Positions 1-9,523 of a stretch of DNA of 64,000 nt are shown in pieces. The notes under the pieces are model-generated. The model was not told the DNA's origin, ran no database searches, and saw only the letters and a program-made list of their open reading frames with translations. The position numbers and the translations under genes are program-made. The DNA lies in the NCBI GenBank assembly GCA_028715415.1, contig JAQURX010000009.1, positions 11,807 through 75,806 on the forward strand. Direction: 5' to 3'. Source of the DNA: Candidatus Omnitrophota bacterium (GTDB lineage Bacteria; Omnitrophota; Gorgyraeia; Gygaellales; Profunditerraquicolaceae). The first letter of the stretch is position 1. Each line of letters begins with the position of its first letter.

Positions 1-1157
1 GGTTTTAAATCAATGAATTCGCCTTCAATTTCTTTAGTAGTCAACAACCTGTATATTTCTTTAATTGAGTCTTTAGTGATATCGCGGCCGCCTAAGCCAA
101 CTATAAAACTACTAATAACCTCAGGGGTTTTTTTCTTGCCAAAGAATGCACCTTTTACCTCTGAAACTAAAGGCGCCTGAGCACCTAAAGAAACAGCCCT
201 GTCTAAAACTGCGATTTTAGGAACCGCTTTAAGTGCATTATAAATTGCCTCCGCGGGAAACGGCCTATAACTAACTATTTTTAATAAGCCGACCTTTTTG
301 CCTTTTGCGCGCAAGTCATCAATAACATCTTTAATCGTCCCGCAAACCGAACCCATCGCTATTATTACTCTTTCCGCGTCTTTAACCTGGTATTCTTCAA
401 CTAATCCGGGATAATTTCTTCCGAATGCTTTGGAGAAATCAGAAAAAACCTGCGGAATAAATTTCAAGGCTTCTTCAAGGGTCTTTTGCAGAGCATAGCG
501 TGTTTCCATGTAATAATCAGGGCCTACTAAGGGGCCGATAGTCATCGGATTATTTACATCTAGGTGATAAAGCGGTTTGTAAGCAGGGAGGAATTTATCT
601 ACTTGCTCCTGAGAGGGGATATCAACTGTTTCAATTCCATGAGTAAGGATAAAACCATCCATACACACCATCACCGGAAGCATCATACTCTTATCTTCAG
701 AAATTCTGTAAGCCATGAAGTGCAAATCTACTGCCTCCTGGATATTCTCGGCAAAAAGCTGAATCCAGCCGGAATCACGCAAAGAAACCGAATCCTGCTG
801 ATCATTCCAGATATTAATCGGAGCTGAAATAGCGCGGTTTGCGCAAGTCATAACCAAAGGCATGCGAAGCCCGGCTATATTAAAAACAACCTCCATCATA
901 TAAAATAACCCCTGAGAACTAGTCGCTGTGTAAGAACGAACTCCTGCTCCAACTCCTCCCAAGACTACAGAAGCTGCGGAATGCTCAGATTCTACATTAA
1001 CAAACTGTGAATCAAGCTTGCCGTCAGCAACCATCTGCGCCAAGTCTTCAACGATATGGGTCTGAGGAGTAATCGGATACGCTGAGATAACTCCCGGCCT
1101 GCATAATTTAACCGCTTCCGCTACTGCATGAGAACCTTCAAAAAACTCTTTCATATT
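1..1157 (-). CDS. porA: pyruvate:ferredoxin oxidoreductase alpha subunit, partial (3' end beyond window start)
   Basis: Minus-strand ATG at 1157 translates MKEFFEGSHAVAEAVKLCRPGVISAYPITPQT..., the conserved PorA N-terminus. Follows porG-porD in canonical order. No stop codon before position 1. Confidence 0.85.
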
Positions 1158-1433
1158 TTATTCCTTCTTCCCTTCCGCTGATTCTTCTTTAATCATCACA
1201 ATATCTTTTTTTGGACAAATAAACGCGCAAAAACCGCAGCCCTTACAATAATTATAATCACAAATATAGGTATTCTTTTCTGTGCCTGAAATACAACCTT
1301 CGGGACAGACCGAAAGGCACATTTTGCAACCAATGCAATTCTTCTGCAGGAATTTCGGCTTTAACTCTATTCGCCAAGAACCTGTTTTATTATTCTTACT
1401 TGAACCCGATTTTACAATTAACGGACCAAACAT
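1158..1433 (-). CDS. porD: pyruvate:ferredoxin oxidoreductase delta subunit (2x[4Fe-4S] ferredoxin)
   Basis: 91 aa with two CxxCxxCxxxCP cluster motifs (CIGCKMCLSVCP, CKGCGFCAFICP). Located between porG and porA. Confidence 0.85.
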   Translation of the reverse strand: MFGPLIVKSGSSKNNKTGSWRIELKPKFLQKNCIGCKMCLSVCPEGCISGTEKNTYICDYNYCKGCGFCAFICPKKDIVMIKEESAEGKKE

Positions 1434-1434
1434 A

Positions 1435-1980
1435 TTATTTTCCTTTTTTTATGAATTCAAAACCTTCTTTTACAGCTTGAATATTTGCTTCCTGAGCCTT
1501 ACCGGAAAACCTTCTTTTTATCGCCTCAAGCAGCGCTTCCAAAGTAAGCTCTCCTGTTGCAGCACAAAAAGCGCCCAACAAAGCAGTATTTCCTAGAGGC
1601 CTACCGATTGTTTTCATCGCGATATCATTAGCTGGAACCATAAAAACCTTCTGTTTTGCTCCAACCTTAGGTGCAACATCTCCCTCTTTCTGATTAATAA
1701 TGGCAATCCCATTCTCTTTTAATCCAGAAAAACAGTTGAAACCTCGCATTAATGTAGCATCCATGATAACCAGATAATCAGGTTCATAAATCTGGCTTCT
1801 TAACCTGACAGGCTTTGAGTCAACACGGACAAAAGCATTCATCGGAGCACCCATTCTTGCTGCTCCAAAATGCGGGAATGCATAAGGATACATCCCTTTT
1901 ACAAAATATGCATAACCCAATAATGTCGCCGTTGTAATGGCTCCCTGGCCTGCCCTTGCGTGTATACGTATCTCTTTCAT
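1435..1980 (-). CDS. porG: pyruvate:ferredoxin oxidoreductase gamma subunit
   Basis: 181 aa, MKEIRIHARAGQGAITTATLLG... matches the PorG/2-oxoacid:ferredoxin oxidoreductase gamma family. First gene of the por operon. Confidence 0.85.
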   Translation of the reverse strand: MKEIRIHARAGQGAITTATLLGYAYFVKGMYPYAFPHFGAARMGAPMNAFVRVDSKPVRLRSQIYEPDYLVIMDATLMRGFNCFSGLKENGIAIINQKEGDVAPKVGAKQKVFMVPANDIAMKTIGRPLGNTALLGAFCAATGELTLEALLEAIKRRFSGKAQEANIQAVKEGFEFIKKGK

Positions 1981-2018
1981 CTAATTAAGCTCCTTCTATG
2001 GTAACAAAGTGAGAATCT

Positions 2019-2047
2019 ATAATATAATCTTTATCCTGATTTGTCAA
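2019..2047 (-). promoter_or_regulatory. sigma70-like promoter for the por operon
   Basis: Minus strand reads TTGACA, a 17-nt spacer, then TATTAT. Lies about 40 nt upstream of the porG ATG, which has an AGGAG RBS. Confidence 0.5.
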
Positions 2048-2058
2048 ATAATTTATTT

Positions 2059-3093
2059 TTATTGGTTTTTTCTCAAAATCTGGGAGGTTTCAGCAAGAAG
2101 GCTAAATCTTGCTTCGGCTTCTTCAACGGTTAGCGTTCCCAAGCCGCAAGCAGTGCTTAAAGTCAAGTTTTCGAAAGCTAAATCTCTATCTGCACCCTTT
2201 TTCACCAAAATATCTGCCCCTTCAGCAACCTTTTTAGCTAAAGATGCTGCTGTTTCTTTGTCGCTAATACTTTGAGTCGGAACAACGCCCCAGCAAATCA
2301 AGCCGTTTCGCTTAAGAAAGGCGTTCAAATCTTTCGCGTAAAGCAGGAATTTATCCTGAAAATCAAAGGCATCAAAGTTAATAATATCAATGGCTTTAAC
2401 ATCCGTGAACATGGACCAATCGGTATTCCCGCAGCAATGAATACCCAGTAAACAATCCTTGGAATCAATAGCTTCTGTAAATTCTACTAAGCCTTTTACC
2501 ACAGCCTCCCTGGTAAGAGGCGTATAGGCAGAGCCAAAACAACCTAAATAAGGTTCATCAATAAAAATAATGAGTTTCTTGCCAAACTCCCTGAATAAAT
2601 CCAGCTGCCAACGAGCCTTCATGATCAGGCCCTTCATTATGACCTGCCAGAAGACTTCGTTATGCAATAAGGCAACACCATTTTCATCATTTAAACCCGC
2701 AGCAAAGGTAAACGGGCCGGTAACCTGGCATTTGATGTACTTAACTTGACTAAGGTCTTCCTTCTTAAGACGCTGGTATAATTTACTCAAGCCTAAAGCA
2801 AAATCAGAGCTTATTGAGAAATAATCCGAATTATTAGAAATTACCTCTTCGTAGAATTTTTCTAATTCCGCCTCTTGATTTTTCGCATTAAAGAATAGCC
2901 CTTCAGGAGAGATCTTAAGACAGGGTAGATTCTGGCTAAACTGAGCTATCATGCCTTCACAAATATCCCGTTTAGGTAATTGCGGCCAAAAAGGGACTTC
3001 GGGCAGGTATTTGAAAATTAAATCTAATGCAGAATCAGCATCGCGGTGAGGCAGGCTCCCAATCCCAATTGCCAAAGCTCTTAAATCGTTCAT
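2059..3093 (-). CDS. MetE C-terminal-domain-like (core-MetE / UROD-MetE superfamily) methyltransferase
   Basis: 344 aa. IFIDEPYLG resembles the MetE IQIDEPA motif. Putative Zn ligands are H/C in GIHCCGN and C in STACGLG. No N-terminal folate-binding domain. Confidence 0.5.
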   Translation of the reverse strand: MNDLRALAIGIGSLPHRDADSALDLIFKYLPEVPFWPQLPKRDICEGMIAQFSQNLPCLKISPEGLFFNAKNQEAELEKFYEEVISNNSDYFSISSDFALGLSKLYQRLKKEDLSQVKYIKCQVTGPFTFAAGLNDENGVALLHNEVFWQVIMKGLIMKARWQLDLFREFGKKLIIFIDEPYLGCFGSAYTPLTREAVVKGLVEFTEAIDSKDCLLGIHCCGNTDWSMFTDVKAIDIINFDAFDFQDKFLLYAKDLNAFLKRNGLICWGVVPTQSISDKETAASLAKKVAEGADILVKKGADRDLAFENLTLSTACGLGTLTVEEAEARFSLLAETSQILRKNQ

Positions 3094-3551
3094 ACGCTTT
3101 CTCTTTTTACACCGCTTGGCCCAATCTCTACTGCCTCTTCTATGCTTACCTTAAAAATAACAAACTTCTTAGGGATGGCGAGTTCATAACTTTCATGCCT
3201 TTTACCGGTAGTAATAGCATTAATAATTCTTTCTGTAGAAAGATTTATCTCTTTTTGTTCTAACTCCTTCACAATATCATCATATTCAGCGCCTTTTTCA
3301 AGTATTTGAACCGAACCATTTATCTGATAACCTCTCAAGCTCTCAGTATCCATAAAAGACAACCCAACACGCGGATTCATCTTAAGATTCTCCCAGGTCC
3401 TGCCAATTGTATAATCAACAAGATATATAGTGCTGTCTTCGCACCTAAGCAGGAATTTAGGCGCTGCGTTCGGCCGGCCTTTAAAATCGCAAGTGGCCAC
3501 ACTGATAAAATTCCTCATTTTTAATAATTCATTAATGCGCTTCTTTATCAT
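3090..3551 (-). CDS. pyridoxamine 5'-phosphate oxidase-like FMN-binding protein
   Basis: 153 aa, NFISVATCDFKGRPNAAPKFLL... has PNPOx split-barrel-like composition. Four-nt overlap with the upstream gene. Confidence 0.45.
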   Translation of the reverse strand: MIKKRINELLKMRNFISVATCDFKGRPNAAPKFLLRCEDSTIYLVDYTIGRTWENLKMNPRVGLSFMDTESLRGYQINGSVQILEKGAEYDDIVKELEQKEINLSTERIINAITTGKRHESYELAIPKKFVIFKVSIEEAVEIGPSGVKRESV

Positions 3552-3555
3552 TTGA

Positions 3556-3942
3556 TTAAATATCCTTTATCACAAGGTCTTTTAGGACATTCCCAAAACA
3601 ATCATTAAAATCATAGACGTCTTTGAAATCATCTATTGAATCCTCGTCGGTCTTCGCAAGAATCTTTTCCTTAACCATATTAAAGACAATATTGCCAAAA
3701 TCCTGCGTTTTAAAAACTCCCCAATGGGTCAACACAGTCTTAGCCATCGGGCCGTATTGGTCAATTGCAAGGTCACGCAATCCCTCTAAAAGCTCTTTGC
3801 CACTGACATGAGTTTCTTTCTTCAGTTTGTTTTGAGTATAATGAAGGCCTTGCATTACAAACTCATAAGCATCCGGTTTATAACGCTTGTCCTTAACACT
3901 GAGAGCTTCAATAACTTTATAGAAATCCTTTTTTTCTTCCAT
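3556..3942 (-). CDS. hypothetical protein
   Basis: 128 aa ORF with good coding density and no recognised motif. Confidence 0.4.
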   Translation of the reverse strand: MEEKKDFYKVIEALSVKDKRYKPDAYEFVMQGLHYTQNKLKKETHVSGKELLEGLRDLAIDQYGPMAKTVLTHWGVFKTQDFGNIVFNMVKEKILAKTDEDSIDDFKDVYDFNDCFGNVLKDLVIKDI

Positions 3943-3947
3943 TTATT

Positions 3948-4244
3948 TTAAGTCAAGCCCGGGATATTAAAACCGGTTACCTCTTTCATCTTCTGTGCTG
4001 CAACATCATGAGAACGCTTAATCGCTTTATTATAAATATCTTTAAAGGTTTTTTCAAGGTAAGTTTTATCCATAGAGCTAATCCCATCTTGAACCGACAC
4101 TTCTTTTACTTCCTGAGCGCCATTCATTGTAATTTTCACCAAACCATCGTTTGAGGCAATCTCAAAATTAGTATTTTCTAATTCCCGCTTAACTTCCTGC
4201 ATCTTCTTTTGCATATCCATAAGCTGCTTCATCTTATCAAACAT
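3948..4244 (-). CDS. ybaB: nucleoid-associated protein YbaB/EbfC
   Basis: 98 aa; MFDKMKQLMDMQKKMQEVKRELENT...GLVKITMNG is the typical YbaB/EbfC sequence. Confidence 0.85.
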   Translation of the reverse strand: MFDKMKQLMDMQKKMQEVKRELENTNFEIASNDGLVKITMNGAQEVKEVSVQDGISSMDKTYLEKTFKDIYNKAIKRSHDVAAQKMKEVTGFNIPGLT

Positions 4245-4257
4245 ATTTCTCCTTTGT

Positions 4258-4884
4258 TTAAAACCCTAATTTTTCACCAACCAAAATAACCTTAAGCCTG
4301 CCCGGCACAACTTCCGCTTCAATAATTAAGACTTGGCAACACATCCTCTTATAATCAGAGGGCAAACACACTTCAGGATTACAAACTCCCTCTTTTAAAC
4401 AATAGCTCGGCCAATTCAGCCGTTTGCAATTAAGGGGAGTCGCGTATTCCCTTGCTCTTTTAAGAGCCGCTTCGACATTCGGGGTAATTTTATTAATTCC
4501 ACAGACTACGATAACGTTTTTTGCGCTGGAAATTCCTGCTATGCGATTTCCATAGGCACTTAAAAAAATCAGTTCTCCTGATAAGGATAACGCGTTTGCA
4601 CTGGTTAGATAATAATCTGCTTGCGAACCTTTATTCCTTAACTCTAAGCTTTCTTCTCTTGTTATCCCTGGCCTATATTGGTTAAAGACCTTGTTCCCGC
4701 GCAGCTCAAGGTGTTTTACAATCTCCAACTGGTCCAACGTAACCGATCCTGAAATCCCGACACTCGCAGCCAAGGGGATAGCCGACAAGACCCTGCCTCT
4801 TGCCTCTGTAATATCATTAGTAAAAATTCCGGAAATATTCCTTTTTTGCCAATTCCCAATTATCGTTTTTATTTCTTGTTCCAT
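4258..4884 (-). CDS. LUD-domain (LutC/YkgG family) protein
   Basis: 208 aa; LutC-like pattern (VIVVCGINKI, C-terminal cysteine-rich segment). Confidence 0.6.
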   Translation of the reverse strand: MEQEIKTIIGNWQKRNISGIFTNDITEARGRVLSAIPLAASVGISGSVTLDQLEIVKHLELRGNKVFNQYRPGITREESLELRNKGSQADYYLTSANALSLSGELIFLSAYGNRIAGISSAKNVIVVCGINKITPNVEAALKRAREYATPLNCKRLNWPSYCLKEGVCNPEVCLPSDYKRMCCQVLIIEAEVVPGRLKVILVGEKLGF

Positions 4885-4899
4885 ATTTAACTTTAAAAT

Positions 4900-6258
4900 C
4901 TATTGCCTGCGCACCAATTGTTTTGATAAATCTTTTTTTAGTTTCTCTAATCCGGGGCTAAACAAGACTGGATACCTATAATCAGAATCAATTTCTTTCA
5001 TTGCCACCGGGAAATATTTAAGATTTTGTTTTAGGTATATCCTTGATTGTTCAAGAGCAGGCGCTTTATAAACCAAGTTACCACCATGAATTACTTTCTT
5101 TAATAAAGGCTTGCCTTTTATCGCTTCATCCCAAAGGCCAATAATATCCTTAACAAACCTGCCTCGTTTATCTTTTATCCTATAAACTTGTTTTCTGCCC
5201 GGATAGGTAGCCTTACCTTTGCTGATTTTCATCTTAGGCTGAAACTTTCCGAATTCATCTGTAACTTCGCTTAATTTATATACAACATCTAAGACCGGAG
5301 CGTCAGTACTTGCCCCCATATTCGTCCCTACGCCGAAACTATCAATACAGGCCCCCTTAGAAAGCAAAACCTTGATTTTAAATTCATCCAAGTCTCCGCT
5401 GGCATAGATCTTAACATCTCCAAGCCCCGCTTGATTTAGCTTATGACGCGCAATCTTAGATAATGAGACAAAATCTCCGCTATCAAGCCTGATTCCAACT
5501 AATCTATGGCCCTTTTCTTTAAGAAACAAGCCGACTGTTACCGCATTTTCAATACCTTTTAATGTATCATACGTATCAACAAGAAGAATTGTTTTCTTAG
5601 GGAAAGTCTCTGCATACGCAAGAAAACTATCCAACTCGTGTCTAAAACTCATTACAAAAGAATGCGCCATTGTGCCGGCAACAGGTATTTTATACATCTT
5701 ACCTGCCAATACATTTGATGTCCCGCTAAAGCCTGCCAGGTAAGAACTTCTTGCCACTTTTAAACCTGCCTCCGGGCCATGAGTCCTTCTTAAAGAAAAA
5801 TCATAAACATTGGAAGACTTAGCACTCAGCACTATCCGTGAAGCTTTACTTGCAATCATTGACTGCAGATTAACTGTATTTAAAAGAACACTTTCAATGA
5901 GTTGGGTTTGAATAATTGGCGCTGTTACCCTTATTACCGTCTCCTGAGGAAAGAAAACCTCGCCCTCCGGAAGAGCCCAAAGATGCCCCTTAAAACGAAA
6001 ATCTTTAAGATAACCTAGAAAATCCGGAGTGAAAAGTTTCAGGCTTTTTAAATATGCTAATTCGGCATCAACAAATCTTAAGTTCAAAACATACTTTAAT
6101 ATATCATCTAAACCTGCAGCAACCAGGTATGAACGGTTTTTAGGAAAATCGCGCACAAATAAATCAAAAGTAGCCCAAGTATCCTCCCGATAATGGAAAT
6201 AACACTGGGCCATAGTAAGTTCGTATAAATCAACAAGAAGCGCATAACTATTATACAT
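4900..6258 (-). CDS. pncB: nicotinate phosphoribosyltransferase
   Basis: 452 aa; N-terminus LVDLYELTMAQCYFHY matches the NAPRTase family. Confidence 0.85.
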   Translation of the reverse strand: MYNSYALLVDLYELTMAQCYFHYREDTWATFDLFVRDFPKNRSYLVAAGLDDILKYVLNLRFVDAELAYLKSLKLFTPDFLGYLKDFRFKGHLWALPEGEVFFPQETVIRVTAPIIQTQLIESVLLNTVNLQSMIASKASRIVLSAKSSNVYDFSLRRTHGPEAGLKVARSSYLAGFSGTSNVLAGKMYKIPVAGTMAHSFVMSFRHELDSFLAYAETFPKKTILLVDTYDTLKGIENAVTVGLFLKEKGHRLVGIRLDSGDFVSLSKIARHKLNQAGLGDVKIYASGDLDEFKIKVLLSKGACIDSFGVGTNMGASTDAPVLDVVYKLSEVTDEFGKFQPKMKISKGKATYPGRKQVYRIKDKRGRFVKDIIGLWDEAIKGKPLLKKVIHGGNLVYKAPALEQSRIYLKQNLKYFPVAMKEIDSDYRYPVLFSPGLEKLKKDLSKQLVRRQ

Positions 6259-6259
6259 T

Positions 6260-6724
6260 TTATTTAGTAATTAATAACCTGTAAGCATCTTTTGAGAAAG
6301 AATTATCCTTGAGGGCTATTTCTCCTGCTTTAGTAATAAAAACATACGTTGGCACTCCAAGAAGTTCGTAAGACTGAGAAACGCTGGAATCATTGTCCAA
6401 TAAAACATTTAGATTAAGGCTGCGCGCTTTAAGAAAACTCTCCACTTTATACTTCTCCTCCCCAACATCAATCACCAAGAGTTCAACCCCGTCTTTCTTA
6501 AAGTCTCCCGATAAATTCATTAACTCTTTTAGCTCTGCCCTGCAATATGGGCACCAAGTAGTCCAGAAGAATAAAATAACCGGCTTATTACCCTTCAAAC
6601 TAGAGAATGATACCTCCTTGCCGGATATATCATTGAGTTTAAAATCCGGAGCATTCTGGGCAAAAAGCGGGTTTAAACAAAAAAACAAAGAAATAATAAA
6701 CACCGCAACAAACGATTTTCTCAT
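6260..6724 (-). CDS. TlpA/ResA-like thiol-disulfide oxidoreductase (thioredoxin fold), secreted
   Basis: 154 aa, signal peptide, WTTWCPYC active site. Confidence 0.8.
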   Translation of the reverse strand: MRKSFVAVFIISLFFCLNPLFAQNAPDFKLNDISGKEVSFSSLKGNKPVILFFWTTWCPYCRAELKELMNLSGDFKKDGVELLVIDVGEEKYKVESFLKARSLNLNVLLDNDSSVSQSYELLGVPTYVFITKAGEIALKDNSFSKDAYRLLITK

Positions 6725-7395
6725 TAAAAACTCCTTATAGATAGATAAATAAAATATCCGCCCATGCCAATCAAGACAATCGCGAATAATACTTTGATGA
6801 TTTTAAGCCATTTACCTGACTTTGGAAGATTAATTAATGCTGCACTAAAAAAACCTATTACAATTAAAACAAACCCCATACCAAAAGCAAAGGTAAACAA
6901 AAGAGTAGCGCCATACAACAGGTTCTTCTTTGCCGCTAAATAAGCCAATATAGAACCTAAGACCGGAGTCAGGCACGGAGAGACAACTAACCCGGAAACT
7001 AAACCGAAAATGAATCCCGATAAATATCCTTTTTTAGTAGAAACCGGCAGTTTTATTTTTATGGGAAAATTTAATGCAAAAAAATCCAACATTGACAGGC
7101 CAAAAATAATGATGATAATACCCACAACCAGATAAGTAACAGGATTAGTGCTAAAACTGCCAAATATTTTTCCGGACAATGACGCGATTAATCCCAAAAT
7201 TGAATATGTAACCGCAACACCTGTTACATAAACTAAGCCTAAACTTAAACCTTTAAGTTTTGAACCACTGGAACTTATTCCGATGTAGCTTGCGCTAATT
7301 GGTATAAGAGGATATATACAAGGCGTGAAACTAACTAAAATTCCGCCCAAAAAAGCTAATAAATAATCTATTGGGCTACCTGAGAGCTGCATCAA
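6724..7395 (-). CDS. ccdA: cytochrome c-type biogenesis protein CcdA (DsbD-family electron transporter)
   Basis: 223 aa polytopic membrane protein with conserved Cys pair (FTPCIYPLIP and VSPCLTPVLG). Adjacent to the TlpA-like gene. Confidence 0.8.
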   Translation of the reverse strand: MMQLSGSPIDYLLAFLGGILVSFTPCIYPLIPISASYIGISSSGSKLKGLSLGLVYVTGVAVTYSILGLIASLSGKIFGSFSTNPVTYLVVGIIIIIFGLSMLDFFALNFPIKIKLPVSTKKGYLSGFIFGLVSGLVVSPCLTPVLGSILAYLAAKKNLLYGATLLFTFAFGMGFVLIVIGFFSAALINLPKSGKWLKIIKVLFAIVLIGMGGYFIYLSIRSF

Positions 7396-7687
7396 TCCAC
7401 CTTAAGTATTTTTCTTCACCACTTACTATGGGTAAGGCAATTATTTCCGGGACTTCATAGCTATGCAGGGACTTTACAAGCTTAATAATCTTTGGCATAT
7501 TTGATTTCTTTGATTTAATTATCAAGAGTGACTCTTTCGCCTTATCAACTTTCCCCTGCCATGTAAAAATTGAACTAACTCCGTCAATAATATTTACACA
7601 AGCAGCGAGCTTTTTTGAAATTAACCCATCAGCTATACACTCAGCTTCCTTTTTACTTGAAGCAGTAACAAAAACTACAACATACAT
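7376..7687 (-). CDS. cutA: divalent-cation tolerance protein CutA
   Basis: 103 aa, CutA1 family (VNIIDGVSSIFTWQGKV). Confidence 0.8.
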   Translation of the reverse strand: MYVVVFVTASSKKEAECIADGLISKKLAACVNIIDGVSSIFTWQGKVDKAKESLLIIKSKKSNMPKIIKLVKSLHSYEVPEIIALPIVSGEEKYLRWIDAALR

Positions 7688-7709
7688 ACATTTACCCCTT
7701 TTAAAAGTT

Positions 7710-7738
7710 ATTATATGAAGATTAACCTGCTATATCAA
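7710..7738 (-). promoter_or_regulatory. sigma70-like promoter for cutA
   Basis: Minus strand reads TTGATA, a 17-nt spacer, then TATAAT. About 20 nt downstream is an AAAAGGGG RBS and the ATG at 7687. Confidence 0.5.
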
Positions 7739-7756
7739 GAGCTTTTGCGCACTTCG

Positions 7757-7841
7757 TCCAGCGGGTGACGCCGAGCCGGGGCACCCCACCGGGCGCAGTG
7801 GGCGAGCACGGTGGGGTGGATCGGCGGCAGGACCCGCTGGA
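7757..7841. other. 85-nt GC-rich (about 72% GC) rod-like imperfect palindrome; candidate structured RNA or REP-like element
   Basis: A 10-bp closing stem (TCCAGCGGGT/ACCCGCTGGA) encloses a perfect 10-bp inner stem (CACCCCACCG/CGGTGGGGTG) plus further GC pairs. Lies between the flavodoxin stop and the cutA promoter. The genome background is about 35% GC. Confidence 0.5.
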
Positions 7842-7856
7842 AAAATTTACACGAAA

Positions 7857-8339
7857 TTACTTACAAAGCTTTTTTACTAACTGCGCTGTTCTTTCTCCAA
7901 GCCTAATACATTCTTTTGTGCTTCTTGAGTCGGGTGAACCTATCGCAACAGGACCGTAATGATCTCCCTGGGAATCCCCAAGAATAACCATCCCATGGAT
8001 TAACATTGCCTTTAAAATATCCAAAACGGTTGTCTCATTGCCGCCTCCGACATTTGCGCTTGAGGAAAAAGCAGCTCCGATTTTTCCTTCTAACTTTCCA
8101 TGAATTTTAACCGTATCATCAAAAAGCTTTTTTATTTCAGCTGACATTGTCCCATAATAGGTAGGCGAACCGATGATTATCCCCTCAACTTTCAATAATT
8201 CATCGACTGCTACGCCTGACACATCTTTAATTACTGCTTCAACCCCTTCTTTTTTAATTCCTTCAACTACTAACTCAGCCATCTTCTTTGTATTTCCTGA
8301 GCGAGAGTAATAAATTACCAGTATTTTTGCCATAACCAT
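7857..8339 (-). CDS. flavodoxin-family FMN protein
   Basis: 160 aa; KILVIYYSRSGNTKKMAE and IIGSPTYYG are flavodoxin-like FMN-binding signatures. Confidence 0.75.
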   Translation of the reverse strand: MVMAKILVIYYSRSGNTKKMAELVVEGIKKEGVEAVIKDVSGVAVDELLKVEGIIIGSPTYYGTMSAEIKKLFDDTVKIHGKLEGKIGAAFSSSANVGGGNETTVLDILKAMLIHGMVILGDSQGDHYGPVAIGSPDSRSTKECIRLGERTAQLVKKLCK

Positions 8340-8353
8340 TCCCTCCCTTAGCT

Positions 8354-8587
8354 TTATTCTTCGTTAATTTTAATTTCCTTAATCCTGCCAAATTGAGAAC
8401 AGACATCAAATATCAATGTCGGATCAAGAGTTTTTGCTGTTACCTTAAAATTACAGCTTTTTGTGAATTCCTCATTCTTAATCTCGCTTACCTCTAACTC
8501 TTCCGCGAATTCTTTAAGAGAATTTCCCACTGTTTCCTGCGTTGATCCGTAGGTAGTCAAAATAAATTCTAAAGAATATTTTCCCAC
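8354..8587 (-). CDS. small hypothetical protein (possibly YbeD/DUF493-like)
   Basis: 77 aa ORF, no firm motif. Confidence 0.35.
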   Translation of the reverse strand: MGKYSLEFILTTYGSTQETVGNSLKEFAEELEVSEIKNEEFTKSCNFKVTAKTLDPTLIFDVCSQFGRIKEIKINEE

Positions 8588-8601
8588 ATTAGCCTCTCTG
8601 A

Positions 8602-9321
8602 CTATTTTAACATTATTACTGAAAGCATTCTTGCGCTCTTATCGCGTTCTTTGCGATAAGAAAAATATTCATTATTCCGGCAAGAAGTACAGATCCCAGA
8701 ATCAAAAATATTGCCAGAGCTTAATCCTGCGGCCAAGAGCTGTTCTTTATTAGCCTTAATTAAATCAAAATAAAAACGCCCATCTCTTTCAATCAAAGCC
8801 CCTCCAAAATCCTTTCCTACCTCATAGCAACAATTTCTTATTGCGGGGCTAAAGCTTGCAGAAAGATTCTTTGGCTGCGCATCAAACTTCTCTTGCATTA
8901 ATCTAATAGTTTCTAATACTATGTTTTCTTTGGTGCTTTTCCATCCGGCGTGTACAATCCCTACTGAAGGCCTGGACGAATCAAACAAAGAAACACACAA
9001 ACAATCCGCAGTAAATATTGCTAAAGGTAACTTCTTGATATCGGTAATAAAAGCATCCGTATCGGGGATTGATGAATCGTAGGTTAAAGCTCCCTTTCCC
9101 CTATCTTCTTCAGTTACATAGACAACTTTATTTGAATGGATTTGTTTAGCGCAAACTAAATCTCTATAATCAATGCCTAATGTTTCTAAAAAACCTTTTC
9201 GGTTATCAAGCGAATGCTCTATGTTTTGATAAAATAACGACGTATTCCCGTGTTGCCTGTTACTTGTTGCGCAAACTAAGATTTGATTCTCTAAAAGAGG
9301 GGCATTAACCATTGATTTCAA
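8602..9321 (-). CDS. pgeF: peptidoglycan editing factor PgeF / YfiH (DUF152 purine nucleoside phosphorylase-like)
   Basis: 239 aa; FTADCLCV...IVHAGWKS are conserved YfiH motifs. Confidence 0.8.
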   Translation of the reverse strand: MKSMVNAPLLENQILVCATSNRQHGNTSLFYQNIEHSLDNRKGFLETLGIDYRDLVCAKQIHSNKVVYVTEEDRGKGALTYDSSIPDTDAFITDIKKLPLAIFTADCLCVSLFDSSRPSVGIVHAGWKSTKENIVLETIRLMQEKFDAQPKNLSASFSPAIRNCCYEVGKDFGGALIERDGRFYFDLIKANKEQLLAAGLSSGNIFDSGICTSCRNNEYFSYRKERDKSARMLSVIMLK

Positions 9322-9523
9322 CTAGCTTTTCCCTGCTGGTAAGCCCTTTAATTATTTTAATATTATATTTCTTAATTTTGAAGTGCTCAGACAATAACTC
9401 AATAAGTTTATGGTTTGCAAGCCCTTCCTGCGCTGGTTTAGTAAGATAAACTTTTAATTTATCGCCTTCTTCCTTGACCAGGTTCCTGCTTGCCCGGGGG
9501 ATGACGCGGACACTTATAATCAT
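9305..9523 (-). CDS. DUF167 (YggU) family protein
   Basis: 72 aa; VRVIPRASRNLV...KVYLTKPAQEGLANHKLIELL is the YggU pattern. Confidence 0.75.
   Translation of the reverse strand: MIISVRVIPRASRNLVKEEGDKLKVYLTKPAQEGLANHKLIELLSEHFKIKKYNIKIIKGLTSREKLVEING

Noticed and set aside
7765-7959. 64-aa plus-strand ORF covering the GC-rich hairpin
   Set aside because: The ORF exists only because the GC-rich palindrome lacks stop codons. No RBS. It overlaps the flavodoxin 3' end on the opposite strand.
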